Assembly (NCBI RefSeq): GCF_018350175.1
Contig: NC_058368.1
Span: 63,986,001-64,050,000, forward strand
Direction: 5' to 3'
Source: Felis catus
Taxonomy: Eukaryota
Length of the DNA stretch: 64,000 nt
Shown: positions 14,133 through 27,640 of the stretch, piece by piece
Numbering within the stretch: position 1 is the stretch's first letter
Layout of the letters: each line of letters starts with the position of its first letter
The notes under the pieces: generated by a model
The model's database searches: none
The model's input: only the letters and a program-made list of their open reading frames with translations
What the model was told of the DNA's origin: nothing
Position numbers and translations under genes: made by a program

Positions 14133-14752
14133 TTTTTTTTTTTTTTTTTTAATTTATCCCCTCGCTTCTGAACACCATGCTCTGTGGCCTTACTTCACAC
14201 GAGGGCCAAGCCCTCAGGGCCTCTGTGTTGTAGCTCCTAACACCTCAGGCACTGCCGAGGGCTTGAGTTGACCAGATCCTCCTAGACGTCCAGACCCAGC
14301 CTCACTGCATACCCTCGGAGAGGGCCTGTGTGCTGGCTGGCTGTGAGTGCCTGCGTCATCACCAGGAAGTGATGTTTACTGGTGCAGCATCAGGGTGTTT
14401 CCATCTTCATCCTATGGGACTCCCCCCACCCTGCCCTCCCCCCCGACAAACGCAGGCAAAGCCCCAGTGTGCCTTCCTCATACCATCCCCAGAACCTGGC
14501 CACAGCAGGGCTCCACCAGATATTGTTGATGAATGGATGGCCAGTGTGCCTAAGGGTCGGAGCCTGGGCTCCTGGAGATACTTGCTCTGCGACCCACGCT
14601 TATCTTAAAATTCCAACACCCAGGTTGTCTCCACGGACTTTATAAGTGATGCCCGTTCGTACACCTTCAACGCTAACACCGGTGTCATGCTCAGTGACAA
14701 CTTCGTGAAGCTCATTTCAGCTGCGCCTCTGTCTCTGGGCCAGTCACAACCT
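14133..14752 (-). pseudogene. Poly(A)-tailed retrocopy antisense to the GAPDHS-like segment
   Basis: T18 at 14133..14150; GC-rich body in AT-rich context; ATGTTTGTT direct repeats at 14121 and 14753. Confidence 0.6.
14624..14719 (+). pseudogene. GAPDH-family (GAPDHS-like) single-exon fragment
   Basis: Translates to [32 protein letters not shown], colinear with recalled [38 protein letters not shown]; preceded by non-coding ...acacccag. Confidence 0.75.
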
Positions 14753-14761
14753 ATGTTTGTT

Positions 14762-15176
14762 TATTTTATTTTATTTATTTTTTTAATTTTATTTTTTATT
14801 TTTTAAAATTTACGTCCAAATTAGTTAGCATAAAGTGAAACAATGATTTCAGGATTATATTCCTTTATGCCCCTTACCCATTAGCCCATACCCCCTCCCT
14901 CACTCCCCCTCCAGCAACCCTCAGTTTGTTCTCCATATTTATGAGTCTCTTCTGTTTTGTCCCCCTCCCTGTTTTTATATTATTTTTGTTTCCCTTCCCT
15001 TATGTTCATCTGTTTTTTCTCTTAAAGTCCTCATATCAGTGAGGTCATATGATATTTGTCTTTCTCTGACTAATTTCACCTAGCATAATATACTCCAGTT
15101 CCATCCACGTAGTTGCAAATGGCAAGATTTCATTCTTTTTGATTGCCGAGTAATACTCCATTGTGTATGTGTGTGT

Positions 15177-15216
<40 letters not shown>

Positions 15217-15287
15217 GTATATATACACACACACATATATATATGTATATACACACATATGTATGTGTATATATATATATGTATATG

Positions 15288-15327
<40 letters not shown>

Positions 15328-15806
15328 ACATCTTCTTTATCCATTCATCCATCGATGGACATTTGGGCTCTTTCCATACTTTGGCTATTGTTGATAGTGC
15401 TGCTATAAACATGGGGCTGCATGTGTCCCTTCAAATAAGCACACCTATATGCCATGGATAAATGCCTAGTAGTGCAATTGCTAGGTCATGGGGTAGTTCT
15501 ATTTTTAGTTTTTTGAGGAACCTCCATACTGTTTTTCCAGAGTGGCTGCACCAGCTTGCATTCCCACCAACAATGCAAAAGAAGTCCTCTTTCTCCGCAT
15601 CCTTGACATCTGTCATTGCCTGAGTTGTTAATGTTAGCCATTCTGACAGGTCTAAGGTGGTATCTCATTGTGGTTTTGATTTGGATTTCCCTGATGATGA
15701 GTGATGTTGAGCATTTTTTCATGTGTCAGTTGGCCATCTGGATATCTTCCTTGGAAAAGTGTCTATAAGAACTTATCAAACTCAACAAATAATCTAGTGA
15801 AGAAAT
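14762..15806 (-). mobile_element. 5'-truncated carnivore L1 with a short 5' inversion (about 15765..15806)
   Basis: T-rich tail; ORF2 C-terminal peptides ([46 protein letters not shown]); terminal segment in the opposite orientation. Confidence 0.9.
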
Positions 15807-15838
15807 GTTTGTTTTAAATAGAGTGAAGTTTAAATAGA

Positions 15839-16065
15839 GGGGCGCCTGGGTGGCTCAGTCGGTTGAGCATTGGTCTTCCGCTCAGGTCATGATCTCCAGT
15901 TCCTCGGCTCCTGAGTTCTATCCTTGTGTGGGGCTCTGTACTGACATCTCAGAGCCTGAAGCCTGATTTGGATTCTGTTCTCCCTCTCATTCTGCCCTTC
16001 CCCTGCTCTGTCTCTCTCTCTCTCTCTCTCTCTCTTAAAAATGAATAAACATTAAAAAAATTTTT
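15839..16065 (+). mobile_element. CAN-SINE
   Basis: Head, (CT)n, A tail. Confidence 0.9.
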
Positions 16066-17641
16066 AAGTAGAGTGAATTTCATTTATTTTTTACTTCTAT
16101 CTCAATGTAGAATTTATCTATTGAGTTCACATCTCAACATAGAATTCTTAGATATTTTTAAACTATAAAAATTGGTGAGAGTTTGATTTTTTTAGTCATT
16201 AATCTTAATGAGCAAATACAATTTTCCCTTAACGAAAGGAGGGTTTCTTATTCTTTTCCTGTAATCCTGTTCTACCTGTAAGACTTTATTGAAGAATCAC
16301 TCCCTCAGCAGACTACAAAGTATTAGTATAAAATAATATTATTAACATGTTTGAGTGCTTTTCCTGAATTTTCTAACTTAATTTTATAACAACCCTTTAC
16401 GAGTGTATTGTTATTATTCTCCCTTAAGAGATAAAACTTGGTTAAAATTCAAGATTTTCCACTTAGTAGATGCATGATTTAAAAAGAGGTATTTAAATTC
16501 TTTAAGCTTCTGTTTTTTGACAATAAAATGGAAATAATACTTACTTCATAGGGATTTATTGGATGGTGGTTAAAATCAGATCATGGTAAATAAGACCCTA
16601 AGTGGAGTTTTAATCTTCACCTTTTTTACCAATTCCCATTATGGTTTCTCTATTGGCTTAAAGAGGCATAATGAAGTGGAAAATCCATGCAAAATTAAAT
16701 GGGCATGTGGGAAACTGTTTCTTCCTTCCACACAGAAGGACATGTAGGGTTCCCCATCCATTACATGAAAATACACATATGGCTGCAAGAAACATTTCAC
16801 ATCCTCTTGCCTCGCCTCTGACATGCACATGTAATTTACTAAATCATATAAGTAAATCAGATTCTAGTCTTCATCAGATTCATTTCACAACCTCTCAAAT
16901 TAACTTATAATCCTAAATTTCATGTTTTATGTTGTAAAATGAAAGACTATTATACCACCCTTGTAATGTACTAACGGCCAGTTTCACCTCAGTCTCCCAG
17001 TGCAACAATTTTGAGTTATATCTAAAAGTTTTATGGAAAGTTTCACTCTTTCATAAGGCATAGGTTTAGTAAATTAGTATCTCCTTGGGATAGATGCAAA
17101 CATGTAACCTGAATGTGATGCTCAAATTACTTTGGAGTAAGTGAAGCAGCTTGAGGACTGTAGAACTTTTGTGAAATATAAATTCACAGAGAGAAGTGAG
17201 GATTTGTACACTTAGTTTTCCCCAACCTTTGACTTTTGAATGGCTCTTTACCAAAGACAAAATAGAGGAGGGCCATAAGCATACTTTCTAAACACGTGTG
17301 TACCATTGCAAATGTAGTCAACTCTTCTTTCTCCTGCAAGCCCTCTCCCATTTCGTTTCATCAGATTGGCTAATCTAATCTCAACTGCTCTAAAGAAAGT
17401 TTCAGAAGTAGTCTAGATAAAGGTTCTCCATGTTCATAGGAATTAAGGAGGCTTTTGAAAATTGGGTGCTATTAATGGGAAAATGTATATATCCTGAAAT
17501 TAGAAAAATTGTTGGAAGACTAAGTTCAAAGAAGAGGGTATATTCTTCATTATAATTTTGTACAGTTGAAATAAATATGAAAGTATGGTTCACAATTAGA
17601 AATGCAATCATTGTAGGTAGTGGCTCTAAAAACAGACTCCA

Positions 17642-17805
17642 GGGACACCTGGGTGGCTCAATAGGTTAAGCGTCTGACTCTTGGTTGTGGCTCAGGTCAT
17701 GATCTCACGGTTCATGGGTTTGAGCCCTGCATTGGGTTCCACACTAGCAGTACAGAGCCTTCTTGGGATTTTCTGTCTCCCATTCTCTCTGCCCTTCTGC
17801 TGCTT

Positions 17806-17841
<36 letters not shown>

Positions 17842-17870
17842 TCTCTCTCTCTCTTTTAAAATAGATAAAT
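17642..17870 (+). mobile_element. CAN-SINE (older)
   Basis: Head, (CT)n, A-rich tail. Confidence 0.88.
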
Positions 17871-19514
17871 AGGTTAGAAGTCCCATACTTCTCTTTGGGC
17901 CTGTATGGGACTTTTAACCTATAGAACTGTAAGATCATAAGTCTTTGTGATTTTTTTAGCCACCAAGCCACAAGTGATTATTTGTGATACAATTCTTGAG
18001 TGTGATTTTATTTTGTCTAGGAAAAAAAGTTTATGATGCTTCAGATTATACATTCAAAATTAGTGAACATAAAGTTCCCTTAAATAAAGACACTTTAAAA
18101 AATAGATAAATAAACATTTTTAAAAGTGAAAAATAAATAATAAACAAAAACAGACTGCATTTCTGGTGCCAGTTAAACAGGGTCTGATGTGCATTTATTA
18201 TGTATATATGCTTAGATTAGAACAGATTATTGACTTTACTGCAAGTGTATCATAGCTCAACTGAAAAAATAAAAACTCTATTCAAAGAGAAACTGCATAC
18301 CAGTAGACAGGATCTCCTTTCAGGTGTTGAGAATTATAGTTTATTATTTAGAGGGAAAAAAATAATCATTTTCATAATATTTGAAGTATCTGTGCTTTCG
18401 TTCCAAATTTCAAAGTGAAGACAAAATTAGTAGTATCAAAATGTAATGAAAAAAAAATAATCCCTGGTTAAATATATATTTTATTAAATATATTAGGAAG
18501 AAGATAAGGGAGTATTTAGCAATAGTTTCATAATTTAAAAAACTTTCGCTTAATCTTATTGGTAGTATAATCGGAAGTTAGATCTCCTGGGTCAGCCATC
18601 TTTGAGATTATTTTTTTAGAGAAAAATATGTGTTGGCAAAAAAGTTTCACTCATTTTATTTTCAAAACAAATGTCTTTTAGTGGCCATAAATCTGATTTT
18701 TTTAAATAAAACAGTTATTCTTTATAGAATAAGCATAGTAATAGACAGTGGAGTCCTTGGTGCTATATTCTTTGCATGACTTTGGAGATGACATCCTAGT
18801 TGAACAAGATACTTTTCATACTCGGGTATTGAAGTCGTCTTCTATAGTAGGGGCAGTAACAACAGTAGTCCTGTAGCATAGTAGTAGTAACAGTTGCTGT
18901 TGCTTCATGTAATTGTTGTCAAGTATTTGAGTTCCAGTTCTTACTTGAATGTCAGTTTTATCTCGTATTTACTATCACCTTAAAAATGTAATGAATTTTA
19001 TCTTGTTAAGGAGGAAGCACAAGACTTGCATGTGGCCCCTCTGTTTGTTGGATGAACCTAGTGCAAAGACATTTAATGTTTTAGTTGAAAGAATATTTAT
19101 TGGATGTTCTTCTGTGTCACAAACAATGACTAGGAATGAAAGCCATGGGTGGCCTTTTATTCCTGTTTTCAGGAGCCTATAAAAAGGGGGAAGGGTTGAA
19201 ATAGATGCAGTGAGAGAGAAGTGCACTTAGGAATATGCTGGAGGTGGCTTGCCTACAAGGAAGGCTTCCTGGAGGAGGCTGTGCCTAAAAAGAGTGGGAT
19301 AAGAAGTGGAAATGAAGGAGAAAGAGAATGTAGAAGGGGAAGGAAGAGGATAGAGGAGAGGGTGTGTTGGAGTAGTCCTACTTGGGTCATACATGAAGTA
19401 TATCCGCTGATGACCAATTTGGAAAATACAATATTTAATGTCTTAAACCATAGTAGTAGAGATTTCCAATACATCTTCTACAGAGATTTCCAAAGACTGA
19501 TCCGTTAAGAATTA

Positions 19515-19739
19515 TTTTTTTTAAGTTTGTTTGTTTGTTTGTTTGTTTGTTTGTTTGTTTGTTTAGAGAGCACAAGCAGGGGAGGGGCAGAGAGAGAGGG
19601 AGAGAGAGAGAATCCCAAGCAGGCTCCACACTGTTCTCACAGAGTCTGGTGCAGGACTCGAACCCACAAACTGTGAGATCAGGATCTGAGCTGAAATCAA
19701 GAGTCAGATCCTTAAATGACTGAGCCACCTAGGCACCCC
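19515..19739 (-). mobile_element. CAN-SINE with (TTTG)n tail
   Basis: TSD TAAGAATT. Confidence 0.9.
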
Positions 19740-20393
19740 TAAGAATTCTTATACTTGAGTCATGTACTTGGAAGTAAATTGTTATGCAAATAATTTATAA
19801 GATATTGTAACAGTAGCCTTGTATAATTAGTAGCTTAAAAAATCATTCTAGATATTCCTAAAAATATATTTTTATGCAGTATGACTATTTTCAAAGCTTA
19901 ATCATATTCATCATAGATATTTATTATCTTAAATCCAGTAATGTTTAAATGTGATGCTGCTTTTTAGAGATGATTTGTAAAAAATGAGCTTTTGGTTTAT
20001 TAAAAGAAAGAGGTCACCTCCTCTTAGTTTTTCCTACTCACTGTGAAACTCTTACATCTCTCCCTTCCACCCATGTGCTGCAGGCCAATAGATCTTTTCT
20101 TGGTGTGATAACACATACATTTGCTCCTGTTGGGTTTCCACATACATGCCTGTTTCAGAAACACACAACTTTCAACACAGCACCTGCCACCTGCCCTTTC
20201 AGTAGGATGACATGGCATATATTCCTACACTCAGTGTTTTTGTATCTGACTTTGCAAATCGTTTCCCCCAAACACTGCTGTATGGGGGCACTGTCTCCCT
20301 GATGAGACTGTTTTAAAAGGGGACTGAATGAATTTATAATCCATTGTCCATGAACAACAGCACATGGTTTAATAGCTCTAGAGACACTTGCAA

Positions 20394-20418
20394 GTGTGTG
20401 TGTGTGTGTGTGTATGTA

Positions 20419-20467
<49 letters not shown>

Positions 20468-20960
20468 GTGTATGTATATATGTGTATATATGTATGTGTA
20501 TATATATGTATATATATGTATATGTATATATATAGATACACATCTATCTATATATATATATGTATATATATATACACATCTATATATATATAGATCTATA
20601 TATACACATATATATAGATCTATATATACACATCTATCTATATATATATAGATATATTTATATCTATATATATACACATATATACACATATATACACATA
20701 TATATAGATCTATATACACATATATACACATATATATACACATATATATAGATCTATATACACATATATACACATATATATAGATCTATATATACACATC
20801 TATATATATATATAGGTATATATAGATGTGTATATATATATGTGTGTATATATATATACACGTATGTATATATATACACGTATATATATATATATATACC
20901 TATATATAGGTGTGTGTGTGTATATATATATGTTTGTATTTATGTACATATATACACAGA
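20394..20960. repeat. Compound (TG)/(TA)/AGATCT microsatellite
   Basis: Direct reading. Confidence 0.95.
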
Positions 20961-21849
20961 TATAAAATATATGTGAATGCTATACATGGGTATATATACA
21001 TAAAAGGATAAATGGCATATGATAGGTATTCTTTCCAGTGTTTTCACATCTATACCAAATTCTGTGTGCAAACGATTTTTTTGTTGAGCCTTAATGAATA
21101 AAATGATGAAAGCTTCTGTATTCTGTTTGAATCATTGGAGGGGGATCTAAAGCATTACCTGCTTACCTGCTTAGCTGCACTCTAACATATACTTCTGAGT
21201 ACCTATAGCACAGTTTGAAAATTATTGCCTTAAGTCAAAGAAACAAAATACCATTTTCTAATAGAATTTCAGGCATCTTCAACAGGCTTTTGAAACTAAT
21301 ACCTTTTGACGAAAAGCAAACTCCAAAATCACACAATCTGTATAAATCTTTTGTGTTCAGTATCAGCTGTGGTACATTATGATGCATGTATCAAGAAGAG
21401 AGGGGTTGTTTTTATTTGTTTCTGAAATATACATGAAATGGTGTCATATATTCATGGTATATTAGAGCTAAAAGGAACTAAGAAATCAAATAATTCATAC
21501 CTTCGATTTAAAGATGAAGAAAGTAAGGGACACGATTTAAAATGTCCGAGTTAAGGGCAGAGGAGGGTCAGGCATTTAGATCTCTTGATTCTCTCTTCCA
21601 TCTATACCCTCTGTACCAAGATGGACGCTTAATCATATATTGTTATTGCTGGAACTTGTATCTTACAACAGAGTTTGTTCAGATCAATATTTGTTTGAAA
21701 GTTACAACACTTATATTTTGTTTGGATATCATATTTAAAGGTTAAAATATCATCTGAATATCATTAGTGTCTTTAAACTGCCAAACCATGACTAAATCTC
21801 TTAACTTCTATGCTCTTAGCTGAATCTGCTGTAACACTACAGAACAACC

Positions 21850-21960
21850 AGGGACAACTTTACCTCTCAGGTAACAATCTTCAATGTCTGGAGCCATCTT
21901 TGGTTGTCAAAACAAAAATTAGTCCGAAATGTCAATAGTATCAAGGTTAATAAGCCCCCT
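21850..21960. mobile_element. MER20-like hAT fragment
   Basis: caatgtctggagccatctttggttgtca...aaatgtcaatagtatcaaggtt resembles MER20 ends. Confidence 0.55.
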
Positions 21961-24273
21961 CTAGGGGATTTAATGTTGTCCTCTGTAAGACATAAATGTA
22001 ATGAATGACAGGTTTCCTGTACTAGTTGAAAAAAAACCTGATCTTCCCTCTCATATTGGATTTAAACCTTTAGGGTTATCCCTAGATTGCAGTATTTCAT
22101 ATTTTGGTGGAGAGTTCCAAATGTTTCATCTTTATTTTATAGAATTTGATCCTCTTTCCTTTTGTTCTAAGGTTTTTGGTATTTTTTTTTTATCTAACCT
22201 CATAAGAATAGCATATCGTTCCTTTTTAACTTTTCAAGTTCTATTTGTCAGCTGTATCTCTAGATATATAGAATATCTGGCTGATGCAGTTTAGATAGGT
22301 TTAGATTCTTATTAATGATTTATAATCTCATGTAATGATTAATAATTATGTTTTATACATTGAATATTTTTTACTGAGTCCAGGGAATATCAGCTAGATA
22401 CCTACCTGCCCTTTTGGAACTTAGTCTTGTAGGGGATAAACATAAATAAGCTTATAAACAAAATATGATGATAATGAATGTGGAAGATGCTTTAAATGTA
22501 CATAATACATTTAATCCAGGCATCAGTGGTCAGGGAAATTATATTTGTTCTGAGACCTGATGAATGAAGTGGGAGGAAACTATTGCCTTTACAAAAAGAA
22601 TAATGTGTTTAAACACGTAAGACATGGGACACAATAAGTGCCCCACAGGATTTAAAGACATAATGTAAAGCTTGAAAGAGCTTCATTTCATATATATTCC
22701 TTCATTAACAAACCTTTACTGAAAGACAACTCTAGGACTGACACTGAACAAAACAACTGAAGCCTCTGGCCTCAGGTAGCTTACATTCTAGTGTGCTGGT
22801 TTACTTATACATTAAATATATAAATGAAATATAAATATATCATATAAATATTTATTTTTATTTATATATTATTTATTTACGTAGTTTGCTTTTCATTAAC
22901 ACGTTTTCCTCTTGTGTGTAGTCAAAGAGGCGAGGCGAAAGAATTGTTAGACTGAGCAATGTATTGAATGGCAAGTTAATTTAATATATTTATAAAATCA
23001 TAAAAATGATGTTAATTTGAGAAACATTACACATTTATCCAAGATATTTTGATATCCAGTTCCTAATTCCTCAAGCTATCCTTTGGAGCTGCTTGTCATA
23101 GATGAGACCTTTCCTCTTAGAGAGGTTTTCTTCCTTTTTTCAGTTAAAGTGTCATAGTTGATTGGGCAGATATGACTATCAGCAGCACATGCAGAAGAAT
23201 CATTTTCTGAAGCAGCATAGAAATGAAGGCACTTCTTAGAAAAGTGATTCCCTGACCCGACACTAAGACCCATTAATCCTGCAAGTGCCCGTGCAGCGAT
23301 GGAGAGATTTACAGTAGCTTCCGTTGGGCTGGATATGGAAAAAAAATTAACAAAGGATTAGTTAGTAGTGCCCTGAAAACTGCATTCATAGGAAATTTAA
23401 GGAAATTTCTAGAAATACAATCAAGCAATTGTCTGCATTATTTTTTTACAACGCTTCTAAATGGTGAATGCTTTCCAACAACAACATTCGTGAAGTCAAC
23501 TTTGAAATATTTAACTTAAAAAGAGTTTATAATTCTTTGAAATTTCAAATGTTTTGATTTCAGCTTAGTCATGTTAGAATAAAAAATAAAGTCATTCAAG
23601 AAACTAATACTAGAGATAGCTGTTTCGAGGTCATAACATTTTATTGGATACAATCAGAAAATGTGGTGTGGTTGGCAAACCCTACATTGAGTTTTGAAAT
23701 TACTCTGCTACCAGTATGTTCCAATCAATGAGAACCTTTCAGCCATGAACTTTTATTGATTTGTATTCCTCAGAGTAACATAAATAGCTTTCCTTAAGTC
23801 TTCCAATTTCACTATCGTTACTTTATTTCTGAAATCTCTGCTGTTAGAAAGTTTATTTATGCACTTACTCTTTTGCTTTCCAACTTCTTCATGGTTTGAG
23901 CTGAGAGTGGGTACCAGGGTTCTGTATCAAGTATTGTGTGTTGGGGGGGATGCTACAGTATGATGAATTATTCTATGAACAGTTAAGTTATACTATGAAT
24001 AGTTTAATCAGAATGATACACTTAGATTTTGAAGAAATTACTGAAAATTTCTAACAAAAAAAGCAAAAATATCAATTGATACTAAGAACTAAATTTAGTC
24101 TAATAAAGAACTGGAATGTTTGAACTGTTTCTTTTCACTTTTAAAAATATATGTGAAATCTAACCCTTAAACCTATACTGTTAATAGATGTACTTTTAAA
24201 TTTTGTTGGAAAAAATAGGAGTTTAGTTTCTAGACTTACCATTTAATAGTCAGAGCAAGAATTTAGTACCTGT

Positions 24274-24452
24274 GGGGGTGCCTGGGTGGCTCAGTTGGTT
24301 AAACATCTGACTCTCGATTTTGGTTCAGGTTATGATCTCACTGTTCATGAGATTGAGCCCCACATTGGGCTCTGTACTGACAGTGCAGAGACTGCTTGGG
24401 ATTATCTCTGTCTTTGTCTCTTAAAAGTAAATAAATAAACATTAGAAATAAA
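24274..24452 (+). mobile_element. CAN-SINE
   Basis: TSD AAGAATTYAGTAC. Confidence 0.9.
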
Positions 24453-25126
24453 AAGAATTCAGTACTTGCCAAGGCACACTTGATTCTTCTCTATGCTAAT
24501 ACGTTAACTATTTTACGTTGCCTAGAAGTATGAATAGATATATTAAATACTAGATTCACATTGTACATTGAAAGAATATATTGAAATAATTATGTTGTTA
24601 TTCTTAAAAATCCATTTAATTTTATTATCTTGTTTTCAAACTTGAAAGTCTAAATTTCAGAAAATATGACAGTTTGATAAGGAAGACATAATAGATGTGT
24701 GACAGTCTTTATCTTCTGTAAGGTGAAGTTTAACATGCATTTCTAACTGGCTTCTAGTAACCATGGAAGAAAGCCAAAAAAAAAAAATGTAGTGTCAAAC
24801 TTCATTAACTTTTCAGTTCTTAGCATTATAGTCTTGTATCTAAGCAATGAAATCTTGCTTAATCTTCCTTAAAAATATCTGTAAAATGTGTACTTTTCCA
24901 CTAGCCATTACAACCATGGCAATCTATAGCCAAACATGCATATAAAATCAGTCACTCTTTCCTGATATAATACAGTTAAGGAAAAATGCTCCTAATGGAA
25001 GGACAGCTTACTTTGTATTAATCACAGTATTTTCTACTGTGAAATAATAGCAGCATCCTAAATTAGACATATGAATAAGAATCAAAGTTGATAATTATTC
25101 CTAATGATTTAAAATTAACTTATAGA

Positions 25127-25342
25127 GGGGCGCCTGGGTGGCTCAGTCGGTTGAGCGTCTGACTTCGGCTCAGGTCATAATCTCACAGTCTGTGGGTTCG
25201 AGCCCCGCATCGGGCTCTGTGCTGACAGCTCAGAGCCTGGAGCCTGTTTCAGATTCTGTTTCTCCCTCTTTCTCTGACCCTCCCCTGTTCATGCTCTCTC
25301 TCTCTGTCTCAAAAATAAATAAATGTTAAAAAAAAATTAAAA
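25127..25342 (+). mobile_element. CAN-SINE
   Basis: TSD AAAATTAACKTATAGA. Confidence 0.92.
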
Positions 25343-25529
25343 AAAATTAACGTATAGAACAAATCCTTCATTAGTACCACCAAAGCAGCTTGCTTCTAAA
25401 TCTTGCTTCTCTTGCTTCTAAATCTGATACATGTGCAAACTACTCTTTAGATATGCTTTCCTTGATGATTAGTTTAGCTACTGCATTTTCAATCTTAATT
25501 TTTCATCCTTATTTGAACATTTAAAAAAT

Positions 25530-27640
25530 ATTTTGAGGGAAAATTTACATATATTGAAATGTATAGATGTTAAATATACAATTAAAGGAGTTTTAAGAAA
25601 TATGTACCTCCACATAACTAAAACTTAATCAAAATACAGAATGTTTCTATACCCTAGAAAGTTCCCTATGTCCCATTTTTGAAATTTATCTCCATGTATT
25701 AGTTTGGTCTTTGCTTGGACTGACATTTTGTGTCCAGCTGTTTTTGTTCCTTATGTATTATTGATGTCCATTTATGGTGGTGTATGTATATTGCTGAATA
25801 TTATTACATTACATGAATATTCTGCTCTATTGACCTACTTATCCTCACTTAGATCAATACCACACTGTCTCAACTAGGGTAGCTTTTGATAAGTCTTGAG
25901 CTAGGAATAATCAGTTGTCTAACTCTGCTTTTTTATCATTATTTTTATTTTTCTATTCTAGGTCCCGTTCATTTCCATACAAATTTTAAAATCAACTTGT
26001 CAATTTCTTTAAAATCCCATCAGGTATTTTGACTGGGATTAAATCTAATAACCAAATTAGGTAGAATGGCACCTTAATATTACTTTTAATTTACAAACAT
26101 GGATTTGGGTCTTCTTTAACTTCTCACAGAAATGGTTAGTAATTTTCTGGGCAGAATTTTTTATATATCATTTGTTAAATTATTTTTTGGTTGCTAGTAC
26201 ATAAAATTGCATATGGGTCTTGTGTTCTGTTTTACACATTTTGTATGATTTTCTACATAAATTATTGTGTTGTTTGTAAATAAAGACAGTTTTTTGGCTT
26301 CCTTTGCAAATTTTGTATTTCATTCATTTTTCTTGTTTTATTGTACTGGCTCAGATTTCCCGTACAGTAGTAAGTAGAAGTTGCAAAGACATACATACCT
26401 GCTTTGTTTCCAATCTTAGAGAAAACTCATTCACTATGTAATTAAGTACTATATTTGCTGTACAATTATGTAGATGATGCCCCTCTATAAGACTGAGGCA
26501 CGTTGCTTCTATTATCAATCTGAAGTGATATTTTATCATAAATACTTATTCAATTTTGTCAAAAGTATTTTCTTCATTGAGATTATCTTATGGGTGTGGT
26601 TTTTTTTGTTCTGTTATTAAATTAAAAAATATTGATTAATTTTTTGGGTGCTAAAATAACCTTTTATTACTATAGTAAGTCTCACTTATTTTTGATATTC
26701 ATTATTTTTTTATATTTTGCTGAATTTGATTTTCTAATATTTTTATAGAACATTTGCATCTATGTTCATGAGTGACAGATTCTTGTAATTGTTTGTGGTA
26801 ATGTCTGTACCATATTTTAGTATTAGAGTACTGCTGAAATCATGAAAGAAGTTGGTATGATTATCCCTTTGTCTACTTTCTGAAGGAGTTCATAAACAGT
26901 TGACATTATTCCTTACATATTTGAGAGAATTCATCAATCTATGATTGAAATTCTCACACTATGTTTTATTTTATTTAATAGATACAGAAAATTTCAGATT
27001 ATCTGTTTCTTCTTCACTAAGCTTTGGTAATTTGTTGTTTTGAAGAATTTTAATCTGTTAAATTTGTGACTGTCAAGTTATTTGTATAGTTAGTTATCAT
27101 TTGAATATCTGCAGGATCTGTAATGATATTACCCTTTCATCCTTTTTTTTTAATTAGTCTTGCTAAGTTTTAACAATTGTATGAATCTTTTCAAAAGAAC
27201 AGCTTTTCATTTTGTGAGTATTTTCTAGTATTTGTTTTCAATTTCATTTATTTCTTCCATTTTTATTACTTGATTTTTTCACTTTTTATTTTTCTTATAA
27301 TTCTCTTGTTCTTTAGTTGCATGTTTTTTTCAGTGTAAGCACTTAAAATGATCAAACTATCTCTCAACCCAAATTTAACTCCACCCCACAAATGATAATA
27401 TTTTATGACATTTTCATCATTTTGTATTATCTTTTAAATTTTCTTTTATGAACTCTCAGACTTCTGAAAAAGTGTTTTTGTCTAATTTACAAGTATTGGG
27501 GGGAGGGTTAGGTATCTTTTATGACATTGATTTCAAATTGCTTTCTATGCTGGTCAAAGAATATACTATATAAGTTCTAAAACTTGAGATTTATTGAAAC
27601 TTACTATTTGGCCCAGCAAGTGGCCTGTTGTGGTTAATGT
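25530..27640 (-). mobile_element. Old degraded L1 (L1M)
   Basis: Long T-rich stretch with reverse ORF2 motifs; peptide HNCTANIVLN...FSLRLETKQVC. Confidence 0.7.

Noticed and set aside
15045..20773. YIYI/CVCV-rich ORFs (also 73..386 and 60478..60804)
   Set aside because: Translations of TA/TG microsatellites.
20540..20830. Regularly recurring AGATCT units resembling an array
   Set aside because: Slippage variants within a TA microsatellite; no unique spacers, so not CRISPR-like.
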